Shown here in pieces: positions 26,449-38,569 of a DNA stretch of 64,000 nt. Under the pieces are notes generated by a model. That model did not search any database. It was not told the DNA's origin and was given only the letters and a program-made list of their open reading frames with translations. Position numbers and translations under genes: made by a program. Numbering within the stretch: position 1 is the stretch's first letter; the number at the start of each line of letters is the position of its first letter. The stretch comes from Haliotis rufescens (taxonomy: Eukaryota). The stretch covers positions 42,904,001-42,968,000 of the forward strand of contig NW_025963779.1 of assembly GCF_023055435.1 (NCBI RefSeq). The letters run 5' to 3'.

Positions 26449-26713
26449 CTTGCTGGGCGGAGTAGTAGGGTTTGGCAGATGATGACAGGTCCATGGCCGA
26501 GGTGCCGGTGACAGGTGGCGCGGCCCGCCATTGAGACCAGGTGCTGATGGTGTAGCTGCTGACACACTGAGACGGAAACGTGTAGTAGCGCTGTCCCTGC
26601 TGGTCTGGCATGTGTAGCAAGGGTGTTGGTGGGGCGGTAGTCCACGGGTAGATAGGCACAGGAACACATAGTGATGGATACTGGGGAACCGGCATTGCTA
26701 TCACACCTGCCAT
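26449..26713 (-). CDS. Osr: Odd-skipped-related transcription factor, first coding exon (ends in phase 1)
   Basis: AATATGG start; MAGVIAMPVPQYPSL resembles recalled OSR1 MGSKTLPAPVPIHPSL; GC-rich island; donor CAAG|GTAAAC; 265 nt gives phase 1, matching exon 15057-14907. Confidence 0.72.
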
Positions 26714-27129
26714 ATTTCAGGCTTGGGAACCTTGAACAACGCCATTGTAAATAAAATCAGGATATCATCTAAACCTGTACCACGAATGGCGAGTCGAACA
26801 AACTGGATATTTCATCAAGTCTCCTCCAAAATCTTTAATATGCCGATGGAATATTTCATACACACTTATATTTTTGTATTAACATCGCAAATCATGTAGT
26901 AAAATACTTAAAATATGTAAGCAGCACTTTTACAACAACAACAAAATGTTCACGAAATTAATTCAAAGATCATACCATGTGCCGCAATTCGTTCTTAACC
27001 GTGCGCTGTAGTATCCTAGCCACTTTTACATACAGACATGGCAACTATACTTAAATCAAGCTTACATAAATACTGTTCAAAGCGGGGTTAAATCCAACTC
27101 ACTCACTCATTCACTAATAACTGTGATAC

Positions 27130-27170
27130 AGGCCACTGAATGATTCGCGAATGTCCCGGCTCTATATGAA
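27130..27170 (-). promoter_or_regulatory. Possible core promoter for Osr
   Basis: CATATAGA (27168-27161) lies about 30 nt upstream of an Inr-like TCAGT (27139-27135) and about 430 nt upstream of the ATG; motif match only. Confidence 0.25.
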
Positions 27171-27889
27171 CAGGCATCAAGATACCTAGATAACATCTAG
27201 ATACTCGAATATAATACTAGATACTATAAATGATAATGATATGCAATGCCAGGCCTCACATTGAATTCATAGCTTTCCATTTTCAAATAAACCCTAATTA
27301 TGTCTTCGTTCTAAGTCTTAAGAACGAGATTGAGATTGTTGACGTATATAAACATAACAGCCACGTCTGTTATTTCAAACCAAGAGAGACAAAGCTGGCT
27401 TGACATGACCATGCCTTGTAGGGCAAGTGGATCTCATGGAGATGATATATTGTTATATGTAAGATAAACGAAATATTAAATTTCACTGTCAGTCAGTGAC
27501 TGAAACTTTGTATTAACAGTATTGTTAATTAAAGTTCACTTAATAGTTCAGCAATAGTTCTCTCAAATCCCATTTTTCAGTTATACAAAAAAGTTACGTA
27601 TCAACTATATTAATTGTTTCTCAGATTCGAGAATGATATTACCAGCAAACAATAACATGACAATTTAAATTAAATCTGGAAACGATTTCACGCAATGTTT
27701 TCCCTCACGTGAAAGTACAGTTGACAGTTCGCTTATAAACAGCTTATGTGGTAACAGCTTAGGTAGTGACATACAGCCCTTTCTAAGTCCAATGGGACGA
27801 TATAAAAAAACGGTTATATCTGGTAACTTCGGTGATTTAGAGCGACAACATCTTATACTTAGGATAGGATGAGATGGTAATGTGGCTAT

Positions 27890-28041
27890 TCTAGCGCCTC
27901 ACAGGCAGCTTGGGTTGTATACTCCCCAGGGAGATGAGAATGAAACTCGAGTGCTCACTGATCCATTGACCTGGGTAATAATAGTGTAGTGCTATGAGCA
28001 TCTATTTGGTGAATGGAATCTGGCGCATTATAAATGCACTT

Positions 28042-28072
<31 letters not shown>

Positions 28073-28076
28073 TTAC
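27890..28076 (+). mobile_element. SINE 3' part with an L2-type tail
   Basis: GTATACTCCCCAGGGAG motif, then GCGCATTATAAATGCAC and an (ATT)n tail. Confidence 0.55.
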
Positions 28077-28445
28077 TTGTGGTGATTCAGAAAGGCCATG
28101 TCTCACACTGTGGTGATTCAGGAAAAAAACACATCTCATATCTGTTAAGAGAGAGCACATCTCATACTTGTGTGACTTGTTCGTCCATATCCCCTCTCTA
28201 TCTGTGTGACTTGTGCGTCCATTCCCCTCCCTATACGTGTGACTTGTACGTCTATTCCCTTTACTGTCAATATGGCTTGTACGTCCATTCCACTCCCTAT
28301 CTGTGTGAATTGTACGTTCATTCTCCGCCGTATCTGTGTGACTTGTACGTCCGTTCCCCTCCCTATCTGTGTGACTTGTACTTCCATTCTCCTCCCTATC
28401 TGTGTGACATGTACGCCCATTCTCCTCCCTATCTGTGTGACTTGT

Positions 28446-29292
28446 TAGCTCTCCGGGTCCAAAGGACCAAGGTGAACTTATGACATACCGTGGCGTCCGT
28501 CGTCCGTACGTCAACAATTTATTCACTTCTTCTTCTGAACCACTAACTGGAAATTAACGAAATTTGACTGGAAGCATCCCAAGGTGGTGGGGATTCAAAA
28601 TTGTACAAATGGTGGGACTGGCCCCCAAGGGACTGAGGATCGGGTCTAAATAGGAGTAATTTGGCGTTATTGTTTTAAACGACTTCTTCTCTGGAACTAA
28701 GAAATAGATATCAACCTTATTTGGTTGGAAGCATTCTCCGGTGGTGAGAATTCAAAGTTGTACAAATTTAGGGACTGACCCCGCAAGGGACTGAGGGGCG
28801 GGGCTAAAAGGGGGTAATTTGGCCTATTGTTTTAAACGACTTCTTCTCTGGAACTAAAAAATAGATATCAACCATATTTGGTTGGAAGCATTCTCCGGTT
28901 GTGAGGGTTCAAATTTGTACATATGGAGGGGCTGACCCCCCTAGGGGCCAAAGGGGCGGGGCTAAATGGGGGTAATTTGGCTATATTGCTTTAAGCGACT
29001 TCTTCTCTGGAACTCAGAGATGGATATCAACCATATTAGGTTGGAAGCATCCCTAGGTGGTTGGGATTCAAAATTGTACAAATGGTGGGGCTGACCCCCA
29101 AGGGGCTGAGGGGCGGGGCCGGGGCCAAATGGGGGTAATTTGGCTATATTGTTTTAAACGACTTCTTCTCTGGAACTAGGAGATAGATATCAACCATATT
29201 TAGTTGGAAGCATTCTCCGGTGGTGAGGATGTATATTTTTTATGATTGCGTAAATATCCAGATGAGCGATACAGGCCCTGTTGGCCTCTTGT
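28446..29292. mobile_element. Helentron-associated non-autonomous element (HINE/DINE-1/pearl-like) inserted in the minisatellite
   Basis: TTAGCTC..GGTGAACT end, (CGTC)n, about 4 tandem 157-163 bp units (GGAAGCAT at 28570, 28727, 28884, 29043, 29206), terminal GATGAGCGATACAGGCC-CTGTT-GGCCTCTTGT hairpin. Confidence 0.85.
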
Positions 29293-30136
29293 ATGTTTAT
29301 TCCACTCCTATTCTGTCTGACTTTTACGTCCATTCCCCTTCCGATTTGCGTGAATTAACGTCACGCAGATTGAGAATGGAATGGACGTACAAGTCACACA
29401 GATAGAGTGGAGTATGTATGTTCAAGTCATACAGATTGGTTACACATATAGCGGGGGGAATTGACGTAAAAGTCACTAAGATAGGGAGGGGACGTACAGA
29501 TATGGAGGTCAATGGATGTACAGGTCACAGAGATAGCGCTGAGAATAGATATACAAGTCACACAGACAGTTAGTGGAATGGACGTACAAGTCACACAGAG
29601 ATGGATAGGAATGGACGTATATGCCACACATATTGGGAGGTGATTGGACGTACAAGTCACCCAGATAGAGCGGAGAAAGGACGTACAAGCTACACAGATA
29701 GAGAGGATGGACGTACAAGCTACAAAGATAGAGAGGAGAATGGACGTACAAGCTACACAGATAGAGAGGGGAATGGACGCACAAGCTACACAGATAGAGA
29801 GGAGAATGGACGTACAAGCTACAAAGATAGAGAGGAGAATGGACGTACAAGCTCCACAGACAGAGCGGAGAAGGGACGTACAAGCTACAAAGATAGAGAG
29901 GAGAATAGACGTACAAGCTACACAGATAGAGCGGAGAATGGACGCACAAGCTACACAGATAGAGAGGGGAAAGGACGTACATGCCAAACAGATAGGGAGG
30001 AGAATGGACGTACAACCTACACAGATAGAGATGAGAATGGACGTACAAGCTACAAAGATAGAGAGAAGAATGGACGTACCAGCTACACAGATAGAGCGGA
30101 GAATTTGACGTTCAAGCTACAAAAATAGAGAGGAGA

Positions 30137-33100
30137 ATGGACGTACAAGCTACACAGATAGGGAGGAGAATGGACGTACAAGCTACACAGATAGGGAGGA
30201 GAATGGACGTACAAGCTACACAGATAGAGAGGGGAATAGACGTACAAGCTACACAGATAGAGCGGGGAAGGGACGTACAAGCTACACAGATAGGGAGGAG
30301 AATGGACGTACAGGCTACACAGACAGAGAGGAGAATAGACGTACAAGCTACACAGATAGAGAGGAGAATGGACGTACAAGCTACACAGATAGAGAGGGGA
30401 ATGGACGCACAAGCTACACAGATAGAGAGGAGAATGGACGTACAAGCTACAAAGATAAGGAGGAGAAGGGACGTACAAGCTACACAGATAGGGAGGAGAA
30501 TGGACGTACAAACTACACAGATAGGGAGGAGAATGGACGAACAAGCTACACAGATAGGGAGGAGAATGGACGTACAAGCTACACAGACAGAGAGGAGAAT
30601 GGACGTACAAGCTACACAGATAGAGAGGAGAATGGACGTACAAGCTACACAGATAGAGAGGGGAATGGACGTACAAGCTACACAAATAGAGCGGAGAAAG
30701 GACGTACAAGCTACACAGATAGAGAAGAGAATGGACGTACAAGCTACACAGATAGAGCGGAGAAGGGACGTACAAGCTACACATATAGAGAGGAGAATGG
30801 AAGTACAAGCTACACAGATAGAGAGTAGAATGGACGTACAAGCTACACAGATAGAGAGGAGAATGGACGTACAAGCTACTCAGATAGAGCGGAGAAGGGA
30901 CGTACAAGCTACACAGATAGAGCGGAGAAGGGACGTACAAGCTACACAGATTGAAAGGGGAATGGACGTACAAGCTACACAGATAGAGAGGAGAATGGAC
31001 GTACAAGCTACACAGATAGAGAGGGGAATGGACGTACAAGCTACACAGATAGAGCGGAGAAAGGACGTACAAGCTACACAGATAGAGAGGGGAATGGACG
31101 TACAAGCTACACAGATAGGGAGGAGAATGGACGTACAAGCTACACATATAGGGAGGAGAATGGACGTACAAGCTACACAGATAGGGAGGAGAATGGACGT
31201 ACAGGCTACACAGACAGAGAGGAGAATCGACCTACAAGCTACACAGATAGAGAGAAGAATGAACGTACAAGCTACACAGATAGGGAGGAGAATGGACGTA
31301 CAAGCTACACAGATAGAGAGGAGAATGGACGTACAAGCAACACAGATAGAGCGGAGAATGGAGGTACAAGCAACACAGATAGAGCGGAGAAGGGACGTAC
31401 AAGCTACACAGATAGAGAGGGGAATGGACGTACAAGCTACACAGATAGAGCGGGGAAGGGACGTACAAGCTACACAGATAGTGGGGAGGATGGACGAAGA
31501 AGCTACACAGATAGAGAAGAGAATGGACGTACAAGCTACACAGATAGAGCGGAGAAGGGACGTACAAGCTACACAGATAGAGAGGAGAATGGACGTACAA
31601 GCTACACAGATAGAGAGGAGAATGGACGTACAAGCTACACAGATAGAGAGGGGAATAGACGCACAAGCTACACATATAGAGTGGAGAAGGGACGTACAAG
31701 CTACACAGATAGGGAGGAGAATGGACGTACAAGCTACACAGATAGGGAGGAGAATGGACGTACAAGCTACACAGACAGAGAGGAGAATGGACGTACAAGC
31801 TACACAGATAGAGAGGAGATTGGACGTACAAGCTACACAGATAGAGAGGGGAATGGACACACAAGCTACACAGATAAAGAGGAGAATGGACGTACAAGCT
31901 ACAAAGATAAGGAGGAGAATGGACGTACAAGCTACACAGATAGAGTGGAGAATGGACGTACAAGCTACACAGATAGGGATGAGAATGGACGGACAAGCTA
32001 CACAGATAGGGAGGAGAATGGACGTACAAGCTACACAGATAGGGAGGAGAATGGACGTACAAGCTACACAGATAGAGCGGCGAAAGGACGTACAAGCTAC
32101 ACAGATAGAGAGTAGAATGGACGTACAAGCTACACAGATAGAGCGGAGAAGGGACGTACAAGCTACACAAATAGAGAGGAGAATGGAAGTACAAGCTACA
32201 CAGATAGAGAGGGGAATGGACGTACAAGCTACACAAATAGAGAGGAGAATGGAAGTACAAGCTACACAGATAGAGAGGGGAATGGACGTACAGGCTACAC
32301 AGATAGGGAGGAGAATGGACGTACAATCTACGCAGATAGAGCGGAGAAGGGACGTACAAGCTACACAGATAGAGCGGAGAAGGGACGTACAAGCTACACA
32401 GATTGAAAGGGGAATGGACGTACAAGCTACACAGATAGGGAGGAGAATGGACGTACAAGCTACACAGATAGGGAGGAGAAGGGACGTACAAGCTACACAG
32501 ATAGGGAGGAGGATGGACGTACAGGCTACACAGACAGAGAGGAGAATGGACGTACAAGCTACACAGATAGAGAGGAGAATCGACCTACAAGCTACACAGA
32601 TAGAGCGGGGAATGAACGTACAGGCTACACAGATAGAGAGTAGAATGGACGTGCATGCTACACAGATAGAGAGGAGAATGGACGTACAAGCTACACAGAT
32701 AGGGAGGAGAATGGACGTACAAGCTACACAGATAGAGAGGAGAATTGGCGTACAAGCTACTCAGATAGAGCGGAGAATGGACGTACAAGCTACACAGATA
32801 GAGCGGAGAAGGGACGTACAAGCTACACAGATTGAAAGGGGAATGGACGTACAAGCTACAAAGATAGAGAGGAGAAGGGACGTACAAGCTACACAGATAG
32901 AGAGGGGAATGGACGTACAAGCTACACAGATAGAGTGGAGAAAGGACGTACAAGCTACACAGATAGAGAGGGGAATGGACGTAAAAGCTACACAGATAGG
33001 GAGGAGAATGGACGTACAAGCTACACAGATAGGGAGGAGAATGGACGTACAAGCTCCACAAATAGGGAGCAGAATGGACGTACAGGCTACACACAGAGAG

Positions 33101-36100
33101 AGGAGAATGGACGTACAAGCTACACAAATAGAGAGGAGAATCGACCTACAAGCTACACAGATAGAGCGGGGAATGAACGTACAGGCTACACAGATAGAGA
33201 GTAGAATGGACGTGCATGCTACACAGATAGAGAGGAGAATGGACGTACAAGCTACACAGATAGGGAGGAGAATGGACGTACAAGCTACACAGATAGAGCG
33301 GAGAAAGGACGTACAAGCTACACAGATAGAGAGGAGAATGGACGTACAAGCTACACAGATAGGGAGGAGGATGGACGTACAAGCTACACAGAAAGAGCGG
33401 AGAAGGGACGTACAAGCTACACAGATAGAGAAGAGAATGGACGTACAAGCTACACAGAAAGAGCGGAGAATGGACGTACAAGCTACACAGATAGAGAGGA
33501 GAATGGACGTACAAGCAACACAGATAGAGAGGAGAATGGACGTACAAGCTACTCAGATGGAGCGGAGAAGGGACGTACAAGCTACTCAGATAGAGCGGAG
33601 AATGGACGTACAAACTACACAGATAGAGCGGGGAATGAACGTACAGGCTACACAGATAGAGAGTAGAATGGACGTGCATGCTACACAGATAGAGAGGAGA
33701 ATGGACGTACAAGCTACACAGATAGGGAGGAGAATGGACGTACAAGCTACACAGATAGAGAGGAGAATTGGCGTACAAGCTACTCAGATAGAGCGGAGAA
33801 TGGACGTACAAGCTACACAGATAGAGCGGAGAAGGGACGTACAAGCTACACAGATTGAAAGGGGAATGGACGTACAAGCTACAAAGATAGAGAGGAGAAG
33901 GGACGTACAAGCTACACAGATAGAGAGGGGAATGGACGTACAAGCTACACAGATAGAGTGGAGAAAGGACGTACAAGCTACACAGATAGAGAGGGGAATG
34001 GACGTAAAAGCTACACAGATAGGGAGGAGAATGGACGTACAAGCTACACAGATAGGGAGGAGAATGGACGTACAAGCTCCACAAATAGGGAGGAGAATGG
34101 ACGTACAGGCTACACAGAGAGAGAGGAGAATGGACGTACAAGCTACACAAATAGAGAGGAGAATCGACCTACAAGCTACACAGATAGAGCGGGGAATGAA
34201 CGTACAGGCTACACAGATAGAGAGTAGAATGGACGTGCATGCTACACAGATAGAGAGGAGAATGGACGTACAAGCTACACAGATAGGGGGGAGAATGGAC
34301 GTACAAGCTACACAGATAGAGCGGAGAAAGGACGTACAAGCTACACAGATAGAGAGGAGAATGGACGTACAAGCTACACAGATAGGGAGGAGGATGGACG
34401 TACAAGCTACACAGAAAGAGCGGAGAAGGGACGTACAAGCTACACAGATAGAGAAGAGAATGGACGTACAAGCTACACAGAAAGAGCGGAGAATGGACGT
34501 ACAAGCTACACAGATAGAGAGGAGAATGGACGTACAAGCAACACAGATAGAGAGGAGAATGGACGTACAAGCTACTCAGATGGAGCGGAGAAGGGACGTA
34601 CAAGCTACTCAGATAGAGCGGAGAATGGACGTACAAACTACACAGATAGAGAGGGGAATGGACGTACAAGCTACACAGATAGGGAGGAGGATGGACGTAC
34701 AAGCTACACAGATAGGGAGGAGAATGGACGAACAAGCTACAAAGATAGAGAGGGGAATGGACGTACAAGGTACACAGATAGAGCGGGGAAGGGACGTACA
34801 AGCTACACAGATAGGGGGGAGGATGGACGTACAAGCAACACAGATAGGGAGGAGAATGGACGTACAAGCAACACAGATAGAGCGGAGAAGGGACGTACAA
34901 GCTACTCAGATAGAGAAGAGAATGGACGTACAAGCTACACAGATAGAGAGGAGAAGGGACGTACAAGCTACACAGATAGAGAGGAGAATGGACGTACAAG
35001 CTACACAGATAGAGAGGAGAATGGACGTACAAGCTACACAGATAGAGCGGAGAAGGGACGTACAAGCTACACAGATAGAGCGGAGAAGGGACGTACAAGC
35101 TACGCAGATAGAGAGGAGAATGGAAGTACAAGCTACACAGATAGAGCGGAGAAGGGACGTACAAGCTACACAGATTGAAAGGGGAATGGACGTACAAGCT
35201 ACACAGATAGAGAGGGGAATGGACGTACAAGCTACACCGATAGAGAGGGGAAAGGACGTACAAGCTACTCAGATAGAGCGGAGAAAGGACGTACAAGCTA
35301 CACAGATAGGGAGGAGAATGGACGTACAAGGTACACAGATAGAGCGGGGAAGGGGCGTACAAGCTACACAGATAGTGGGGAGGATGGAAGTACAAGCTAC
35401 ACAGATAGGGAGGAGAATGGACGTACAAGCTACACAGATAGGGAGGAGAATGGACGTACAAGCTACACAGATAGAGCGGCGAAAGGACGTACAAGCTACA
35501 CAGATAGAGAGTAGAATGGACGTACAAGCTACACAGATAGAGCGGAGAAGGGACGTACAAGCTACACAAATAGAGAGGAGAATGGAAGTACAAGCTACAC
35601 AGATAGAGAGGGGAATGGACGTACAAGCTACACAAATAGAGAGGAGAATGGAAGTACAAGCTACACAGATAGAGAGGGGAATGGACGTACAGGCTACACA
35701 GATAGGGAGGAGAATGGACGTACAATCTACGCAGATAGAGCGGAGAAGGGACGTACAAGCTACACAGATAGAGCGGAGAAGGGACGTACAAGCTACACAG
35801 ATTGAAAGGGGAATGGACGTACAAGCTACACAGATAGGGAGGAGAATGGACGTACAAGCTACACAGATAGGGAGGAGAAGGGACGTACAAGCTACACAGA
35901 TAGGGAGGAGGATGGACGTACAGGCTACACAGACAGAGAGGAGAATGGACGTACAAGCTACACAGATAGAGAGGAGAATCGACCTACAAGCTACACAGAT
36001 AGAGCGGGGAATGAACGTACAGGCTACACAGATAGAGAGTAGAATGGACGTGCATGCTACACAGATAGAGAGGAGAATGGACGTACAAGCTACACAGATA

Positions 36101-38569
36101 GGGAGGAGAATGGACGTACAAGCTACACAGATAGAGAGGAGAATTGGCGTACAAGCTACTCAGATAGAGCGGAGAATGGACGTACAAGCTACACAGATAG
36201 AGCGGAGAAGGGACGTACAAGCTACACAGATTGAAAGGGGAATGGACGTACAAGCTACAAAGATAGAGAGGAGAAGGGACGTACAAGCTACACAGATAGA
36301 GAGGGGAATGGACGTACAAGCTACACAGATAGAGTGGAGAAAGGACGTACAAGCTACACAGATAGAGAGGGGAATGGACGTAAAAGCTACACAGATAGGG
36401 AGGAGAATGGACGTACAAGCTACACAGATAGGGAGGAGAATGGACGTACAAGCTCCACAAATAGGGAGCAGAATGGACGTACAGGCTACACACAGAGAGA
36501 GGAGAATGGACGTACAAGCTACACAAATAGAGAGGAGAATCGACCTACAAGCTACACAGATAGAGCGGGGAATGAACGTACAGGCTACACAGATAGAGAG
36601 TAGAATGGACGTGCATGCTACACAGATAGAGAGGAGAATGGACGTACAAGCTACACAGATAGGGAGGAGAATGGACGTACAAGCTACACAGATAGAGCGG
36701 AGAAAGGACGTACAAGCTACACAGATAGAGAGGAGAATGGACGTACAAGCTACACAGATAGGGAGGAGGATGGACGTACAAGCTACACAGAAAGAGCGGA
36801 GAAAGGACGTACAAGCTACACAGATAGAGAGGAGAAGGGACGTACAAGCTACACAGAAAGAGCGGAGAATGGACGTACAAGCTACACAGATAGAGAGGAG
36901 AATGGACGTACAAGCAACACAGATAGAGAGGAGAATGGACGTACAAGCTACTCAGATGGAGCGGAGAAGGGACGTACAAGCTACTCAGATAGAGCGGAGA
37001 ATGGACGTACAAACTACACAGATAGAGCGGGGAATGAACGTACAGGCTACACAGATAGAGAGTAGAATGGACGTGCATGCTACACAGATAGAGAGGAGAA
37101 TGGACGTACAAGCTACACAGATAGGGAGGAGAATGGACGTACAAGCTACACAGATAGAGAGGAGAATTGGCGTACAAGCTACTCAGATAGAGCGGAGAAT
37201 GGACGTACAAGCTACACAGATAGAGCGGAGAAGGGACGTACAAGCTACACAGATTGAAAGGGGAATGGACGTACAAGCTACAAAGATAGAGAGGAGAAGG
37301 GACGTACAAGCTACACAGATAGAGAGGGGAATGGACGTACAAGCTACACAGATAGAGTGGAGAAAGGACGTACAAGCTACACAGATAGAGAGGGGAATGG
37401 ACGTAAAAGCTACACAGATAGGGAGGAGAATGGACGTACAAGCTACACAGATAGGGAGGAGAATGGACGTACAAGCTCCACAAATAGGGAGGAGAATGGA
37501 CGTACAGGCTACACAGAGAGAGAGGAGAATGGACGTACAAGCTACACAAATAGAGAGGAGAATCGACCTACAAGCTACACAGATAGAGCGGGGAATGAAC
37601 GTACAGGCTACACAGATAGAGAGTAGAATGGACGTGCATGCTACACAGATAGAGAGGAGAATGGACGTACAAGCTACACAGATAGGGAGGAGAATGGACG
37701 TACAAGCTACACAGATAGAGCGGAGAAAGGACGTACAAGCTACACAGATAGAGAGGAGAATGGACGTACAAGCTACACAGATAGGGAGGAGGATGGACGT
37801 ACAAGCTACACAGAAAGAGCGGAGAAGGGACGTACAAGCTACACAGATAGAGAAGAGAATGGACGTACAAGCTACACAGAAAGAGCGGAGAATGGACGTA
37901 CAAGCTACACAGATAGAGAGGAGAATGGACGTACAAGCAACACAGATAGAGAGGAGAATGGACGTACAAGCTACTCAGATGGAGCGGAGAAGGGACGTAC
38001 AAGCTACTCAGATAGAGCGGAGAATGGACGTACAAACTACACAGATAGAGAGGGGAATGGACGTACAAGCTACACAGATAGGGAGGAGGATGGACGTACA
38101 AGCTACACAGATAGGGAGGAGAATGGACGTACAAGCTACAAAGATAGAGAGGGGAATGGACGTACAAGGTACACAGATAGAGCGGGGAAGGGACGTACAA
38201 GCTACACAGATAGGGGGGAGGATGGACGTACAAGCAACACAGATAGGGAGGAGAATGGACGTACAAGCAACACAGATAGAGCGGAGAAGGGACGTACAAG
38301 CTACTCAGATAGAGAAGAGAATGGACGTACAAGCTACACAGATAGAGAGGAGAAGGGACGTACAAGCTACACAGATAGAGAGGAGAATGGACGTACAAGC
38401 TACACAGATAGAGAGGAGAATGGACGTACAAGCTACACAGATAGAGCGGAGAAGGGACGTACAAGCTACACAGATAGAGCGGAGAAGGGACGTACAAGCT
38501 ACACAGATAGAGAGGGGAATGGACGTACAAGCTACACAAATAGAGCGGAGAAATCTCTGTATGATTTGA
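30137..38569 (+). other. 2810-codon open frame of (MDVQATQIERR)n within the minisatellite; coding status unsupported
   Basis: From the ORF track; about 255 units with no indel or stop; no non-repetitive N- or C-terminal domain. Confidence 0.2.
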
